A stretch of DNA of 34,035 nucleotides from Amoeboaphelidium occidentale (taxonomy: Eukaryota): NCBI GenBank assembly GCA_023515795.1, contig JALGPX010000118.1, positions 1-34,035 on the forward strand, in the 5' to 3' direction. Positions 31,325 through 34,035 of this stretch are shown here, piece by piece. Under the pieces are notes generated by a model that was not told the origin of the DNA, made no database searches, and saw only the letters and a program-made list of their open reading frames with translations. A program made the position numbers and the translations under genes. Positions within the stretch are counted from its first letter, which is position 1. Each line of letters begins with the position of its first letter.

Positions 31325-31959
31325 TCATATCCATGTCATCGTGCAGACGTAATCGAATGTGTTATCAGTAACAATAGTCCTGTTCATCAAAGGATCTGAT
31401 GAGCTGTAAACCCCCAATGGTGAACACATTTCCATAAATTTCCCCACGGGGTTTGTTTGGACCGCGAGCCAAAGCGGGGTCGGTTGAAATCTTGTGGGGA
31501 GAAAATTCACGAGCATCATCGCAATCTTGGGCTGCTGATACATGAAATTCAACATATGGGGCACAAGAAGGGCAGCACATGAAGAAAATATGTAGACTGA
31601 TAACCTCCCAGACATTGAAGTCAATTGATACGAGATCCACACTATAATCATTAGAATCTGATGTGATATGATGATATCATGTTACCTCCGAGTTTCGTTC
31701 GTGCAACGATATTTTCCACTGACACAAGTTGCGTAAAGAACCCCTTCACCATTCCATTCACCCACTCAAGCAACTTAGACCACGGTAACCACTCGCCACT
31801 TACCTTAAACAGCTTCTGTAACACACCCCTGGCCGTTCCAGTCGGGAGCACACCAAACACGCAAGTGAGTGGCGACCAAGACAACATCAAATCTGAAAGT
31901 AGATTTGGCAACACATACAAGGCCAGTTGAAACAAGCCATTTTGTATTGAACCAATCAT
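31325..31959 (-). CDS. Hypothetical hydrophobic protein (196 aa) after removing intron 31642-31685; faintly reticulon-like
   Basis: The 44-bp GTAACA...CTAAT...TATAG intron joins ORFs 31651-31959 and 31325-31651 in frame (RTKLG-V-WISYQL). Confidence 0.55.
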
Positions 31960-32214
31960 TTCGTATCAACGGTACGCGCTGCAATGAATAGGTATATTCA
32001 CGCGATGCCTTTGTGGTGTTGTCTTGGGTGAACTGTCTGTACAAGCACTAACTTCCTACCTTGCTACTTCACAGCAAACACTCTCACAGAAGTCAAAAAA
32101 ACTTGTAACAGAAGTGTTGCATAAATTCCATCGAGTGACGCTGGTTGTAATCATACAGATTGGACAAATGAAGAAACGGGATAACATTGGTCCAAGTTTT
32201 AATAATCAATATAT

Positions 32215-33503
32215 TTAGTTACCACCTTGTTCGTGTTCATCAGATGATGGAGATGGTTTTGAAATACCTAGATAACTACCAAGAATATGTTTTGTGCGTG
32301 ATACTACCTCAATGCTCTCAGTGGAAGCATCAATAACACTAATAGATTTCTGAGTCAATGCTCGGACGTTTGCAAGTAAAGCCTCGACAGAAACGGTTTG
32401 CTAAAATGTCAAATTGTCATTAGTGTAAACTTACGCCTTCACCAGAAGAAGTTTGTTCATTGAACTTCTTTAAAGCGTCTTCCCAACGTTTGGAAGCAGT
32501 AGAAACAACATCAGAAACACCTAAACGTTAAAACTAACATGCTGGGAATGAGTAACTTACGTTCTTGAATATTAAAAGGGAGAGAAGGAACACGGTTGCG
32601 AACGGCATCAATGGAGTGAGTTACAGAGGATCTAACTTCAGCCAAAGCTTCAACCAATCTGTTCTGAACAATTAACACCGACTCAAAAGTAGGCTTCGCA
32701 ATCTTTTCCATTCCAAAATCTTTAGCATCTTGAACAGAAGTAGCCAACTTTTCTCTATCTGAAACAGTCTCTTGCAAATACTGTTGCGTTGCAGCCAAAG
32801 TTTCTCTGAGCTTCTGCGACGATGCCTCCAACTGAGCTTGATAATGCTGCAAAATTTCCCATGTAGCTCTCAAGTGCAATAATTCTTCAGTGCTTTCGTA
32901 TGCCTTCTGAGAGCGCGAAGTAATCACATTATAAACTCTTGTGCCAGCTTTCGTTGAGACTTCGTAAGCACGTTTTAAAGGAGCAGGTCTTGGTCCAACA
33001 GTAGATTCATTCTCAGGGAAGTCTTCAGTGGAAGCCTCGTCAGAAAGGTTGTCATTGGCATCAACAAACTGCTGCTCATCAAATTTGCGCTGTTCCTGTT
33101 CCGACGCAGGCAAAACCAAATCAACAACGTAGTCGACACCGTTAACAGCCTTCTCCAGCGGACTCAATAAAACCTGTTCAGCTCTCAGTGCAAACTTTGT
33201 TCCGGACTCGACAACGTTCTCTGCAACATCGACCAAACGATTTCCAACAGAATCGACTCTGTCATGGTACGGCTCGACAGTTTTTAAAACAGGCTTGACT
33301 ACAGCAGCGGCAACAGAAGCGGCAGTATCGGCAGCAAATTTCGTATAAGGATTGCTCTCTACGACAGGCAGAATCTTCTGATTCAACACCTCTAAGCTTT
33401 TGTTAACATACGAAATGTTGGCAACACGCTGAACGAATTCGTAGTCTGTTAATGCGAGTTCAGTGGAGGTCTGCGGTAATGTTGACTCAACTGGTTTAAC
33501 CAT
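32215..33503 (-). CDS. Perilipin/PAT-like lipid-droplet protein; introns 32521-32560 and 32401-32434
   Basis: FVQRVANISYV...PYHDRVDSVGNRLVDVAE and VDYVVDLVLP resemble PAT-family motifs; amphipathic helical composition. Two GTAAGT introns extend the frame to TAA at 32215. Confidence 0.65.
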
Positions 33504-34035
33504 TTTATGATTTTCTCTTGTTGTCAGTTGAAAGAGAAATTCCTGCGTTCCGGTTTGTGGTGCGTTCTGATCAGGTCTGCTGATCGGCAGCCAATTTTCA
33601 ACACGGTGAATGGGAAATTCGTCAAAGTCACAAGACCCGTGAGCGCGTGCGTAGATAGCTGGTGATTGAAGGACGATGCGTAACAGTGTGATTATGAGCG
33701 CAGAGATGCGTTCAGGTGTGTTTAAGTAACGGTTTATCTTCGGAAAAAGCATAGTAAAACTTTTGATAAGGAAGCTTTACTTACTGCGCCATAGTTTAAA
33801 CGCAGCCTGTTTCAATTAAAATATGGCTTCTTAATGTACTAAGGAGCGTGGCTTAGTTCTATTAGAAGAAATTGCTTGTGAGGCAGATAAAGAGGTTTTA
33901 CCCCGCATAAAATCAAGTTATCATGCTAGCCCCGCAAGCGGAGCAAGCTTGTCTGTTCGCGTAGAAGAGAATGGAACTCCTACTTGAAGTGGGCTGTTGA
34001 CGCATTCTTACTGTGTAGCACTGGAGTCAAGAATG

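Noticed and set aside
33504..33752. N-terminal ORF extensions in the track (also 2006-2155, 14600-14719, 17979-18017)
   Set aside because: Downstream ATGs give better signal peptides or domain starts. The extensions look like open UTR or promoter sequence.
1..34035. Non-standard genetic code (TAA/TAG reassigned)
   Set aside because: Conserved genes end at TAA, TAG and TGA, and internal stops are explained by short introns.

Overview
This is gene-dense eukaryotic DNA in the standard genetic code, with very short GT-AG introns (33-48 bp) and only 13-23 bp between several convergent stop codons. By inference it fits an early-diverging fungus or a fungal relative; the species cannot be fixed from the sequence. 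Most of the window is housekeeping genes: RPA1/RFA1 (5'-truncated), a secreted class 3 lipase, an M28 aminopeptidase, an ABCB6/HMT1-type ABC half-transporter, TRF4/PAP2, a DENN+C1 protein, ERG26/NSDHL, AUH, a Mei2-like RRM protein, RNase Z (long form), a CBS-PB1 protein, SEC24 and a perilipin-like protein. There are also two hypothetical genes and a tandem trio of small secreted proteins. The standout is a ~1.35 kb composite mobile island at ~20,091-21,435. In order it contains a structured repeat-rich left segment, a 183-bp Copia-type LTR (TGTTG...CAACA) with a half-tRNA-Ile primer-binding site and a frameshifted gag fragment, then the C-terminal RuvC-II/Zn-finger/RuvC-III part of a Fanzor (eukaryotic TnpB-like, OMEGA) nuclease, and finally a compact stem-loop that may be its omegaRNA/right end. 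Two N-flanked duplications are assembly artefacts of heterozygous alleles.
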